Source: a virus
Taxonomy: Duplodnaviria > Caudoviricetes
Direction: 5' to 3' (one strand)
IMG/VR virus record: IMGVR_UViG_3300037453_000171
Coordinates: 1 to 64,000 of that record
DNA length: 64,000 bases
Under the pieces are notes generated by a model that was not told the DNA's origin, did no database searches, and saw only the letters and a list, made by a program, of their open reading frames with translations. Every line of letters starts with the position of its first letter. Within the stretch, counting starts at the first letter, position 1. The translations under genes and the position numbers were made by a program. Below are positions 9,536 through 18,006 of this stretch, piece by piece.

Positions 9536-11794
9536 TTATATGTCGAAAGCAGATTTATAGTTCGGATTCAACTTTTCCAGATGCCTGCGCCAGTCCTTGT
9601 CAAAGAAATCATCGTCAGCCTCGTCCTTCGAATCATTGTCCGCAGCACTTGGAGATCCGCCATACAGTACGATGAAATGCTCTCGGTACAGCATCACCTG
9701 CGCCAAAGCTGATACGCGGTCGGTATTGACTTCCGGGGCATAGGATATCAGTTCCTGTATCAGCGCCCTATTACGAAGCCGGTACAACTGTGGTATCTGT
9801 TCCTGATGGATCTGCCCTTTCTCGTCCTTCACATCAGCCGTATAGGTCTTGTTCAGCCAGTCCTTGATAAGTCCGTTGGCGAAGAAGTTAACACCCGCAT
9901 TGACCGTCACGCCTTTCAGTGCAGAACCGAATAATGAATATTTGACCAGCTGTCTTTCACGAAGATATTCAGGACAGTCGGCGAGCATCCAGGTGGAACG
10001 CTTTGTACCGAAGTAGGAGAACATTCCTTTCTTGTTCGCTTCATACAGACAAGTTGCATTGTAAAAGATACATAGAAGGCGGACTATCTCGTAGTTGTCA
10101 TTGGCGAAAGGCTTTCGTCCCGTATACTCCGCGACAATACTGTCGGTGAACAGATCGAATACGAAGCAGGAGAACAAGGATGCTGATTCAGCCTGATCGT
10201 TGTCCACGGGGTCGACTCCGACGATATACCGATGCGTGGGAATGTTCGCACAAGGCATCTCGTAAATCTCCAGCGCTCCCTGCTCCGTGTTGTCCACGGG
10301 CCACTTCCTGATAGGAACATCATCCGTCGCCCGGAATTCAACCTTACCGCCGACATCCACCAGCGTTCCTACATACACATCGTCATAGGCACGGGGATCC
10401 ATATCCAACTGACGAAGCCTCTCATTAAGCATCACCACCGGGAAGAAATTGGACTTGACCTTCAGGATGGCCTCGGCAGGAGTTATAGGCATCTGTGCAA
10501 TACGGGAAAGAAGCGATGCCGCATCGCCACCCTGCTTTACCATATACCGCTCCATCAGGATCTCGAACAAGGCAGCTACCACATCGGAATTACCATCCTT
10601 ATCCATACAACCCGCACGGGAGATATAGGACGGGAAGAAGTAGGCGAACTTCTCGGTACCTTTTCCTTTCTGGTCATAGACATTCTCCAACGCATAAACC
10701 TCGTATGCGTCAGGATTGTACAGGATAGTCTTGATGCCGGAGAAGTCGGACTCCTTATCACCGGCGGTACCGACGGCTACCAACTGAGCGAAGACGTGGT
10801 TACCTTCCTTCACGGAGTCCCGAACATTATCCCAGACCTCCTTGAAGTTCTTGTAGTTACCCATCTCCTCGAAGAACACGAATCCTCGTTTGCCTCGGAT
10901 CTTACCTTCGTCATCCTTCACGGATACAGCCATAACTGAGTTCAGGGAGCCCTTGACATTGCCGTTGGTGTTCTTGTAGCCCATCTGCCATATCATCTCC
11001 ACGGTAGAACGCTTGACCATCAGACGAGGAAACTCGGTATTTTCGGCACAGAAGTCCACCATAGGAGCGAACTTGGTAAGGGTTCCATCCTTTGCGGCAA
11101 GATATTCCTTGGTATAAGCAGTAAGGATAGTTGCTACGCGTCGTTTGTTCTCCGAGTTTTCGCCGAGGATAAGATTATGAGACATAGCACTGGCGAGAGT
11201 GAAGGACTTCGAGCAGCCACGACGGGCAAGTTCCATACAGTGCTTTCCGTTCCTTCTCGCCTGATCCCAGTAATGGAAACGATAGTAGATGCCTTCCCAG
11301 AAGTCCGGGAACTCCTCAACGCGGAGATAGATGCCAGACGTATCCGACTTACGGTTCAGCATTATCTGGCAATAGTTCATATACCAGTACATCTGCCCAG
11401 TAATCCATTCTCCGTCAGACTCGCGGACATATCCTTCGCGACATCTCCTTACCTCCTCTGCGAACCACTTACCGAACTCGCTGTTCGGATTGGAATTAGG
11501 TTTCAACAAGGTATAGCATCCGTTCTCCTCGAAGAACTTGGCAGCGGGGCGAAAGTAGTCCATATTCTCCAGGATATGCGGATGGGTGATATCCACGATT
11601 ATCCTGCCCTTGTCATCCCTCGGCAAGTCCTTGGCTCTCGGTCTTTCACCAATCATCCACTTCAGGAGCGGTACAGTATCAATGAAGTCCATGAATTGCT
11701 CACGGACTTCATCGGGGTATTGGTCAAGGAATGCCTGCGTAATCGCGGTCTGGTACTTGTTGGTCGGGATTATAATATCTGCTCTTTGTTCCAT
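9536..11794 (-). CDS. terL: Terminase large subunit
   Basis: Walker A-like ARRGCSKS, Walker B FFEEMG, coupling motif GTAG, nuclease motifs IVGVDP, YEANKKG and NTDRVSA. Confidence 0.92.
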   Translation of the reverse strand: MEQRADIIIPTNKYQTAITQAFLDQYPDEVREQFMDFIDTVPLLKWMIGERPRAKDLPRDDKGRIIVDITHPHILENMDYFRPAAKFFEENGCYTLLKPNSNPNSEFGKWFAEEVRRCREGYVRESDGEWITGQMYWYMNYCQIMLNRKSDTSGIYLRVEEFPDFWEGIYYRFHYWDQARRNGKHCMELARRGCSKSFTLASAMSHNLILGENSENKRRVATILTAYTKEYLAAKDGTLTKFAPMVDFCAENTEFPRLMVKRSTVEMIWQMGYKNTNGNVKGSLNSVMAVSVKDDEGKIRGKRGFVFFEEMGNYKNFKEVWDNVRDSVKEGNHVFAQLVAVGTAGDKESDFSGIKTILYNPDAYEVYALENVYDQKGKGTEKFAYFFPSYISRAGCMDKDGNSDVVAALFEILMERYMVKQGGDAASLLSRIAQMPITPAEAILKVKSNFFPVVMLNERLRQLDMDPRAYDDVYVGTLVDVGGKVEFRATDDVPIRKWPVDNTEQGALEIYEMPCANIPTHRYIVGVDPVDNDQAESASLFSCFVFDLFTDSIVAEYTGRKPFANDNYEIVRLLCIFYNATCLYEANKKGMFSYFGTKRSTWMLADCPEYLRERQLVKYSLFGSALKGVTVNAGVNFFANGLIKDWLNKTYTADVKDEKGQIHQEQIPQLYRLRNRALIQELISYAPEVNTDRVSALAQVMLYREHFIVLYGGSPSAADNDSKDEADDDFFDKDWRRHLEKLNPNYKSAFDI

Positions 11795-11922
11795 TCTTCT
11801 TCAAATCCATGATAATATCATAAGGCCAGTCTGTGATTTCAACTCCGTTCACGTACAGATGATAGAAAGTAAGACCGCCGGTTGCAGTACAGCGAAGACC
11901 AGGAAACGGGTTCTCAATCCAT

Positions 11923-12468
11923 TCAGATATCCTCTCCGACTGCCTTGCTTGCGTTTCCTCTGGCTTTGTCATCGGTAGCAAAATCTTTTGCAAGTTCTTT
12001 CTCCGCTTCATTCAGAGCCTTGGCAAGTTCAGGTATCTGCTTCAAGGCTGCGGTCATCGTGGATACCTGATAGATAGGACGGTCATTCTTGTCCACAGCA
12101 AACAAGTCAAACTCCGAGAAGAATTTTCTTAGCTGTTCTACGCCTTTTCGCATACTCTCGAGAAGGATGGATGCAGTCGTAGTCGCCTGAGCCCGGTAGA
12201 TGTCCATTGCTTCTTTCAGCAACTCGCTCGGCTCCCAATCCTCCCCCAGACCCTCCTGTTTCTTGATCTCCTTCGCTCTGTCCTCCGGGGAGACTAAGTA
12301 CATATATGTACTCCGGGGATCGCACATGAAGTAAAGATAGGATATCTGCTTCCAAAACTCCTCCTTTTTCTTGGACTTATCCTTCTGGAACATCTCACGG
12401 ATTGGCCTGACAAGGAGAGCCTCGTCAGCGATCTTGAACTCCAATCCGTCAAATTCTATCAGTTTCAT
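11923..12468 (-). CDS. Hypothetical protein upstream of terL (possible small terminase)
   Basis: Helical 181-aa ORF from ATG 12468; function suggested by position only. Confidence 0.5.
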   Translation of the reverse strand: MKLIEFDGLEFKIADEALLVRPIREMFQKDKSKKKEEFWKQISYLYFMCDPRSTYMYLVSPEDRAKEIKKQEGLGEDWEPSELLKEAMDIYRAQATTTASILLESMRKGVEQLRKFFSEFDLFAVDKNDRPIYQVSTMTAALKQIPELAKALNEAEKELAKDFATDDKARGNASKAVGEDI

Positions 12469-12609
12469 AATCAAAAAAAATAAAAGCACGGAGGGATAAA
12501 GAGAATGATTACGCGAGATCAGTTACCACATGAGAATGAACAGACTCCCAAGAGGATTTCACAACCGTCATCCGTGCTTTAGTTTTTTGCAAGGTTTTAC
12601 TTTTGATTT

Positions 12610-13014
12610 TTACTGAAGCAATCCACCCTCATCCACTTCGTACTCCTCCACGACATACTCGATGTCGTTATTCTGGATGAACAGGTATTCCTGATCGTCC
12701 AGCACGACCATCGGAATCTCGTATGTCAAGGAGAGGTTGTCGAACTGCTTGTTCTCGGCTTCGTCAATGGCGCCCGGCGTATGCATCGCCTTCGCGTAAC
12801 GCTTGAAGTTGATCTTGACGATATCGCCTTCCTTCAGGTCCTTGATCATCGAACCGACGGATACGACGGTCTGGTAGGGGTTGAGGCTACCGTCCATCTT
12901 ACGGGTGTCGAGGATAAGACCATTGACGTCGGCGTGCTGGTCGCCTACATACTTCTTCGCCGTAGTAACCACTCCGGTAAACAGGGGGCGGATTCTTTTA
13001 ATCTTGAATGACAT
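12610..13014 (-). CDS. GroES-like co-chaperonin
   Basis: IRPLFTGVV...VVSVG...LKEGDIV...YLFIQNNDI pattern matches the GroES fold. Confidence 0.6.
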   Translation of the reverse strand: MSFKIKRIRPLFTGVVTTAKKYVGDQHADVNGLILDTRKMDGSLNPYQTVVSVGSMIKDLKEGDIVKINFKRYAKAMHTPGAIDEAENKQFDNLSLTYEIPMVVLDDQEYLFIQNNDIEYVVEEYEVDEGGLLQ

Positions 13015-13511
13015 TACTTCTTTTCTTTCGGAATGACCTGTCGGGCTGATTTCTTTCCTTCCTGCCCGACAAGCCACACACGGTCAAACATTTCGCTTTT
13101 CTTTCTCTTCGTAAGAAGAGGAGGAGCCGCACCGGAAAGGATTGCCGCAGCCATGGTCTCGAGTTCACTCTGTGTTATCCCTTTCCGGTACGCACTCCTG
13201 GGAGCCATAATTAGTTGCTCAGACATATTGGCTCGCCATTTCAGATATCTTGAATACACGGGTCCGAGTCTTCCGACATACGGTATCTGCCTGACCCTGA
13301 CGTACTCTTCGAACTTGTCCTTGGTGTAGATCTTCTTCGGGTTGTCAAACGGTAAACCCCTCGCATCGGATAATACTGTGTCGAAGAAGGAACATACGAT
13401 CTTCCGGACTTCCTGTTCGTCCAGTCCGTACCTGTCGGACAAGACCCGGTACCTCGCGTATTCGCTGCGGTTCCTACCCATTGACCGGATTCTGGGGAGA
13501 TGACCAGTCAA
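13014..13511 (-). CDS. HU/IHF-like DNA-binding protein
   Basis: LSDRYGLDEQEVRKIV...F...IPYVGRL pattern; basic protein. Confidence 0.45.
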   Translation of the reverse strand: MTGHLPRIRSMGRNRSEYARYRVLSDRYGLDEQEVRKIVCSFFDTVLSDARGLPFDNPKKIYTKDKFEEYVRVRQIPYVGRLGPVYSRYLKWRANMSEQLIMAPRSAYRKGITQSELETMAAAILSGAAPPLLTKRKKSEMFDRVWLVGQEGKKSARQVIPKEKK

Positions 13512-13869
13512 ACACTATGCTCAGCATGAACCGCGGATCGTCAGTAGTATGAGGGATGTACTTCGGATTGATGTCGCCGTCCACAAGGACGCCGGAAGTC
13601 CTGAGCTTCGCAAGGATCATCTGGAAATGAGCCTGCGACATCTTCAACGACTCCCTCATGTCTTTGCGTGAAGTCTGCGACCACAGCACCTCCTTCAGCA
13701 TTTCAGGATCAGGTATGCTGTCCTTCAGCTTGAAGTACTGGGCGATGATACGCGCAGCTACATCCCTCTCCCTCGCCGTCAGCTTGTGGAAAGGAGCAAG
13801 GAACTCCACCCACATCCTGTAGAACGAGGTGCCGGTACACTTCAGGTATATGACGTTATTCGGCTTCAT
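13474..13869 (-). CDS. Winged-HTH protein
   Basis: LTARERDV...MRESLKMSQAHFQMILAKLRTSGVL. Confidence 0.5.
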   Translation of the reverse strand: MKPNNVIYLKCTGTSFYRMWVEFLAPFHKLTARERDVAARIIAQYFKLKDSIPDPEMLKEVLWSQTSRKDMRESLKMSQAHFQMILAKLRTSGVLVDGDINPKYIPHTTDDPRFMLSIVFDWSSPQNPVNG

Positions 13870-14152
13870 CCGGCTTCTCCTCGGGATTCATCGCCTTGTC
13901 AAAGGAGTACAAAGCGTCCTCGATGTGCTTGCTGGTCCAGCTCACGAACTCGTCCGTGTACATCTCCGGATGCTCCATGACCTTGAACAGCATCGAAAGG
14001 AAGAACGACGTGTAGTCGAAATCCCGGTTGTTCAAAGCCTGCATGGCCTTCTGGTACTCCTGGACGAGCTTCTGGTACTGCAGGTGCAGCTCACCGAAAT
14101 TCTTCGCCAGTTCCTCGTAGGAAAGTTTCTCCTGTTTCTTTTTTTCTTCCAT
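13856..14152 (-). CDS. Hypothetical coiled-coil protein
   Basis: 98-aa ORF within the operon. Confidence 0.6.
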   Translation of the reverse strand: MEEKKKQEKLSYEELAKNFGELHLQYQKLVQEYQKAMQALNNRDFDYTSFFLSMLFKVMEHPEMYTDEFVSWTSKHIEDALYSFDKAMNPEEKPDEAE

Positions 14153-14173
14153 AGTTCTACTCTTTAGAATGAT

Positions 14174-14605
14174 TTATCTGTATCTTGCATTCAATCTCTT
14201 GTTGGTTCTGCCGGACTTGTCCTTCCTTCCAACCAATCTCAGTGCCCCGCTTCCTCGGGAGAAGGCCCAGTCGAACCATCGTTCGAACTCGTCTTCACTG
14301 TAATCTGGAATATCCCAGGCTCCAACTCCTCGACAGTACGAGCCTTCCACAAGTCCGAAAAGTCGGCTATCAACTGGTTTGCATGCTCCTCCGTCATCTC
14401 CTCCAAAATACACCGGATGTGCGAACACGAAGCCGTAGCCGTGTATCCGCTCCTCCCGCTGTCCGAGCCTGTTGAGTCGCTCGTAGGCCCGCTTCCCGAG
14501 AGCGTCGTGGTAGTCATCCCTGAAGCGGCAATATGCATCATCCGCTCCAGTGCATCTTTGTTTTCCATATAAGATTTGCCCATTTTCCTTGACTATTTGT
14601 TCCAT
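14174..14605 (-). CDS. Hypothetical protein
   Basis: 143-aa ORF within the operon. Confidence 0.5.
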   Translation of the reverse strand: MEQIVKENGQILYGKQRCTGADDAYCRFRDDYHDALGKRAYERLNRLGQREERIHGYGFVFAHPVYFGGDDGGACKPVDSRLFGLVEGSYCRGVGAWDIPDYSEDEFERWFDWAFSRGSGALRLVGRKDKSGRTNKRLNARYR

Positions 14606-14805
14606 TCGATTTCCTTTCTCCTCTGTTCCCGCTTCTCCTCCGCCTTCAGCCAGTCCTCCATCTTACATACTCCTATATTAGTCGAGTGGCATTTCCCGCA
14701 GTAACATCCATCCCACATCTCGGAAGCGAGGTCTTCATTCACTATGATGCAGAGTGAATGACAGTCACGGCAGTAATAGACAAATCCTTCACCCAGTTCA
14801 GCCAT
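14593..14805 (-). CDS. Small zinc-finger protein
   Basis: CRDC...CGKC pair. Confidence 0.6.
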   Translation of the reverse strand: MAELGEGFVYYCRDCHSLCIIVNEDLASEMWDGCYCGKCHSTNIGVCKMEDWLKAEEKREQRRKEIEWNK

Positions 14806-14807
14806 AG

Positions 14808-14951
14808 CTACTCCTCTGCGAAATAAACAAGCGTGTACAAACCGTCCTTCGACTGGAAAATATTCACGATATGTTCCTTCGGTATATTCATTTGATTGAC
14901 GAAATCGTTGATCTCCCGCATGTTATTCGCGGCTTTTGTAAACATTTTCAT
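14808..14951 (-). CDS. Small hypothetical protein (47 aa, not in ORF track)
   Basis: Hand-translated MKMFTKAANNMREINDFVNQMNIPKEHIVNIFQSKDGLYTLVYFAEE; abuts the next gene. Confidence 0.55.
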   Translation of the reverse strand: MKMFTKAANNMREINDFVNQMNIPKEHIVNIFQSKDGLYTLVYFAEE

Positions 14952-15088
14952 AGACAAATCCTTTTGTTACCGCGAAGATAAGAAAACATTTTCTAAAATG
15001 AAAACATTTTTGTTTCATTTGTTGATAACTAATTATTTACAAAGAAAGGAGAGCCGTTAGACCCTCCTTTCAATAACAAGAACACTGA

Positions 15089-15478
15089 TTATCTACAACC
15101 CAGTTCACATACGATCTCGGCTAATGCCCTTGCCGCATCACCTGAAACATAAGCCGGAAGTTCCGAATCCAGCGGTACTCCCAGGGAATCCGCTATCGCA
15201 TCGGCGAGATGCCTCACTTCGTGGACGAAAGAATCGATGAATTCCTCTCCTGAAGTTGTAGGCCCGATAAGTACGACAGCCTTCCTCCTCAACCGGTTCG
15301 TATAGGTGAAGCCGCAGTTGTATTCACAGGACAGCATCAGCTCTTCCGCTTCGTCCATCACATCATCAGGCGCATACGCATCGTACAGACACGCAAGTAC
15401 GCCTTCGATGTCATATCGTTTCGTGGCGAACAGGAAGTCTATGCTCCATCTGCCTATGCCGAGAACGCGGTGGATCAT
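15089..15478 (-). CDS. HExxH metallopeptidase-like protein
   Basis: FVHEVRH motif and downstream ELPAY. Confidence 0.55.
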   Translation of the reverse strand: MIHRVLGIGRWSIDFLFATKRYDIEGVLACLYDAYAPDDVMDEAEELMLSCEYNCGFTYTNRLRRKAVVLIGPTTSGEEFIDSFVHEVRHLADAIADSLGVPLDSELPAYVSGDAARALAEIVCELGCR

Positions 15479-15876
15479 ATAAGGTCCTCCCAGATAATCG
15501 GTACGCCTTTCCCGTTACAGTCGGCGATGAACCTGTCGAAAGCTATCCCGTCGTATCCGTCTACGTCATCGAGAAGGTCGCGGACATACAGCGCCGCATG
15601 CTTCTCGTCGGTGACGGAACTTCCAAGGAAATCCGAGATGCACATGTGGAAGACGAAGACGGAATCGTATCCGTGATCGTTCTCGATCTCGACGCCGTGG
15701 GATTTCAGGATGTTGTCCACCTGCTCCTTCGGCCTGAACTTGACCTTGCTTCCGCCCATGTCGCGCATCCTGCTGACAGCCCATTCGCACATCCGCTTGG
15801 AGAAATGATGCCCGTAGTTGCTCAAGTAGGCATCCATTCCAGCGGGCAGGATATCATAGTAATCCAAGCGACTCAT
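15475..15876 (-). CDS. Hypothetical protein (accessory module)
   Basis: 133 aa; YLSNYGHHFSK and DDVDGY motifs. Confidence 0.65.
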   Translation of the reverse strand: MSRLDYYDILPAGMDAYLSNYGHHFSKRMCEWAVSRMRDMGGSKVKFRPKEQVDNILKSHGVEIENDHGYDSVFVFHMCISDFLGSSVTDEKHAALYVRDLLDDVDGYDGIAFDRFIADCNGKGVPIIWEDLI

Positions 15877-15887
15877 AGGAAAATCAG

Positions 15888-16085
15888 TTAACGCATCCGG
15901 CGACGCATACCACGCTCGTGCATATCATCATAATCGCGATCGTCACGCTCGCTGTACCCGTACTCGGATTCCATTTCTTCAGTCAGATCACAAAGCGTTT
16001 CGATGGACTTCTTCGCCATCTTCAGCGCCTTCTTGTACTCGTGGTAATCACTTCCACCACGTTCCATCAGTCTTATAAGACCCAT
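15888..16085 (-). CDS. Small charged hypothetical protein
   Basis: 65 aa with an Arg/Asp-rich tail. Confidence 0.55.
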   Translation of the reverse strand: MGLIRLMERGGSDYHEYKKALKMAKKSIETLCDLTEEMESEYGYSERDDRDYDDMHERGMRRRMR

Positions 16086-16087
16086 AG

Positions 16088-16579
16088 TTATTCCTCCTTA
16101 GATTTTGTTCCAAGGATAGCAGAGAGCATCCTTTTCATCTCCGACAATTCATCCTTCAGCTCAGCCATCTCCTTCGCGCTCTGAAATTCACGCTGTTTAT
16201 CCGGGTTTAGCGAAAGAAGGAGGGCATCATACTTGTCAAGCATTTCCTTATTCATTTCGTAACTGTCCACTATACGTTTGCTGTTGTCTCGCAGCGTAGT
16301 TATCTCGTTCATGACAAGTCCCTGATCCTCACTGATGAACAAGCCCTTGTCCGCAAAATTTGCAACGGATGCCGATGCGGGCAAGCCAAGGAATGGAACC
16401 GTATCGCTGCCGACGGAAACCGTGAGATCTGTCACCATACCGTTAAATATTGCTTGCGGCTGGGTAGGATTATACTGAGGAAGATGTGTGTTGACAGTCA
16501 TTATCTTGCCCACTTCCATCTTCGGGTCATTCTTATGCAGAATATAAAGGGATGCTCCCTGCGTCATCGCTTGAAACAT
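16088..16579 (-). CDS. Hypothetical protein with C-terminal coiled coil
   Basis: 163-aa ORF within the module. Confidence 0.65.
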   Translation of the reverse strand: MFQAMTQGASLYILHKNDPKMEVGKIMTVNTHLPQYNPTQPQAIFNGMVTDLTVSVGSDTVPFLGLPASASVANFADKGLFISEDQGLVMNEITTLRDNSKRIVDSYEMNKEMLDKYDALLLSLNPDKQREFQSAKEMAELKDELSEMKRMLSAILGTKSKEE

Positions 16580-16605
16580 AAGTTAATAATTTGATTGTTA
16601 AACAA

Positions 16606-16953
16606 TTAAGCCGTAGCAGGCGCAAGAGGGGAAACAAGCTGGAAAATTCCGTTGAACCAGTCGTACCAAACCTCGATGACACCGGCGCCAACCAGATCAG
16701 CGGCGGTCACGTTGGTACCGCCGAAGAAGGTCAGGTTACGCGTATTGCCGTTCAGGGTGAACCGAACCGGGAGAGTCCCGGTAGTGCCATCAGGAATGGC
16801 GGACGTAATGCGGATAGCGACTTCCCCTATCTTCGGAATGCGACGAAATCCTAACGAGAAGTCAACGGTTTCCTCAGTCACCGATATCCCGTTGGTGGAC
16901 AGGTACGGAGTCCCCGTTACATTCGTCGTCACGTTAATGTTCGTTCCAAACAT
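16606..16953 (-). CDS. Hypothetical beta-rich protein
   Basis: 115-aa Thr/Val-rich ORF. Confidence 0.6.
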   Translation of the reverse strand: MFGTNINVTTNVTGTPYLSTNGISVTEETVDFSLGFRRIPKIGEVAIRITSAIPDGTTGTLPVRFTLNGNTRNLTFFGGTNVTAADLVGAGVIEVWYDWFNGIFQLVSPLAPATA

Positions 16954-16964
16954 GACATTCCATT

Positions 16965-17891
16965 TTAGAAGGTTACACCGTTACCGAAACCGAAGGCAGA
17001 ACCGTAATAGCCACCATTTACATACGGAGTGGTGTTGACGGCAGTAAGAGCAGGCCACTGGACGGGCACCGTATTGGGAGTACGGGCAGCGAGGTCAGTG
17101 ATCTTCTGGTTCAGGCTGTTGAACGCGGCAGTAAATGCTTCGGTCTGCTTGTCATTGGAGATCTGGTTGCGAAGCTGCGTGATGATGTCAGCCTGCGTGT
17201 CGATCTTGGACTGCATGTCACGCTCCTTCGCAGCACAGAACTGGTCGTTCATAGCGACGGTCTGGGCATTGATGGCGCTGATGATGGAATTGGCGTTCCG
17301 ATCAGCCTGGGAACCGAGCGTGTTGGTCTGGTTCAGCGTGGCGATCTGCGACTGATAGCCCTGTTCAACCGTCAGGAGCTTCTGGGCGCAGCAACACTCG
17401 GCGAACTTCGCCTGCATCGCAGCGTCTCCGCTCTGGATGGCGTTGATCACCTGCGGAACGGAAACAGCCTGCTGGAGAGCAAGGGCGGAAAGACCGTTCT
17501 GCATGGTAGAGATGGCGGCGCTCACCTGGCTGTAATCCTGACCAAGCATGGTAGCGAGGTTGGAGATAGCGGCGCGGGAAGCTTCGCCGTTGGAGTTGAT
17601 AGCGTTCATGAGAAGCTCACGACCGCTGTCATTGTTGATCTGGTTGGAAAGGAAACCCGCACCGGAGTTACCGCCGAATCCGCCGTTGCCCCAGCCTCCG
17701 AAGCCTCCGCCCCAACCATTACCGAACCACAAGCCGAGAAGGAAGCCGAGTATGCCTCCACCCCAGCCATTGTTGCCGCCGAACAGACCGCCATTGTTCA
17801 TGGCCATCCAGGCAGGCACAGTACTCCCATTGTTCTCGGGAGTATAAACTACAGTTTCTGCCATAGCAAATAGATTTTTTGAATTAAACAT
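16965..17891 (-). CDS. Gly-rich membrane-anchored coiled-coil protein
   Basis: GGILGFLLGLWFG hydrophobic segment in a Gly/Asn-rich N-terminus, AECCC motif, coiled coil; likely start MAETVV at 17864. Confidence 0.7.
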   Translation of the reverse strand: MFNSKNLFAMAETVVYTPENNGSTVPAWMAMNNGGLFGGNNGWGGGILGFLLGLWFGNGWGGGFGGWGNGGFGGNSGAGFLSNQINNDSGRELLMNAINSNGEASRAAISNLATMLGQDYSQVSAAISTMQNGLSALALQQAVSVPQVINAIQSGDAAMQAKFAECCCAQKLLTVEQGYQSQIATLNQTNTLGSQADRNANSIISAINAQTVAMNDQFCAAKERDMQSKIDTQADIITQLRNQISNDKQTEAFTAAFNSLNQKITDLAARTPNTVPVQWPALTAVNTTPYVNGGYYGSAFGFGNGVTF

Positions 17892-17916
17892 TTGGTTATT
17901 AGCCCTAAGGCTAACG

Positions 17917-17924
17917 CAAATCTA
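17917..17924 (-). promoter_or_regulatory. Bacteroidota-type -7 promoter element (TAGATTTG)
   Basis: Matches TAnnTTTG, upstream of the six-gene module. Confidence 0.45.
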
Positions 17925-17955
17925 CGCTATGGTTTTATGGAAAGACAACAATACT

Positions 17956-17990
17956 AAAACTCCTGTAAGTTATTGGCTTACAGGAGTTTA
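17956..17990 (-). terminator. Intrinsic terminator
   Basis: Perfect inverted repeat aaactcctgtaag/cttacaggagttt downstream of 18007..21801. Confidence 0.7.
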
Positions 17991-18006
17991 TATTAGCAAC
18001 GAATTT

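Noticed and set aside
11724-12011. Overlapping ORF or frameshift extension between 11923..12468 and terL
   Set aside because: The open frame fills the gap, but there is no convincing start or slippery site; left uncalled.
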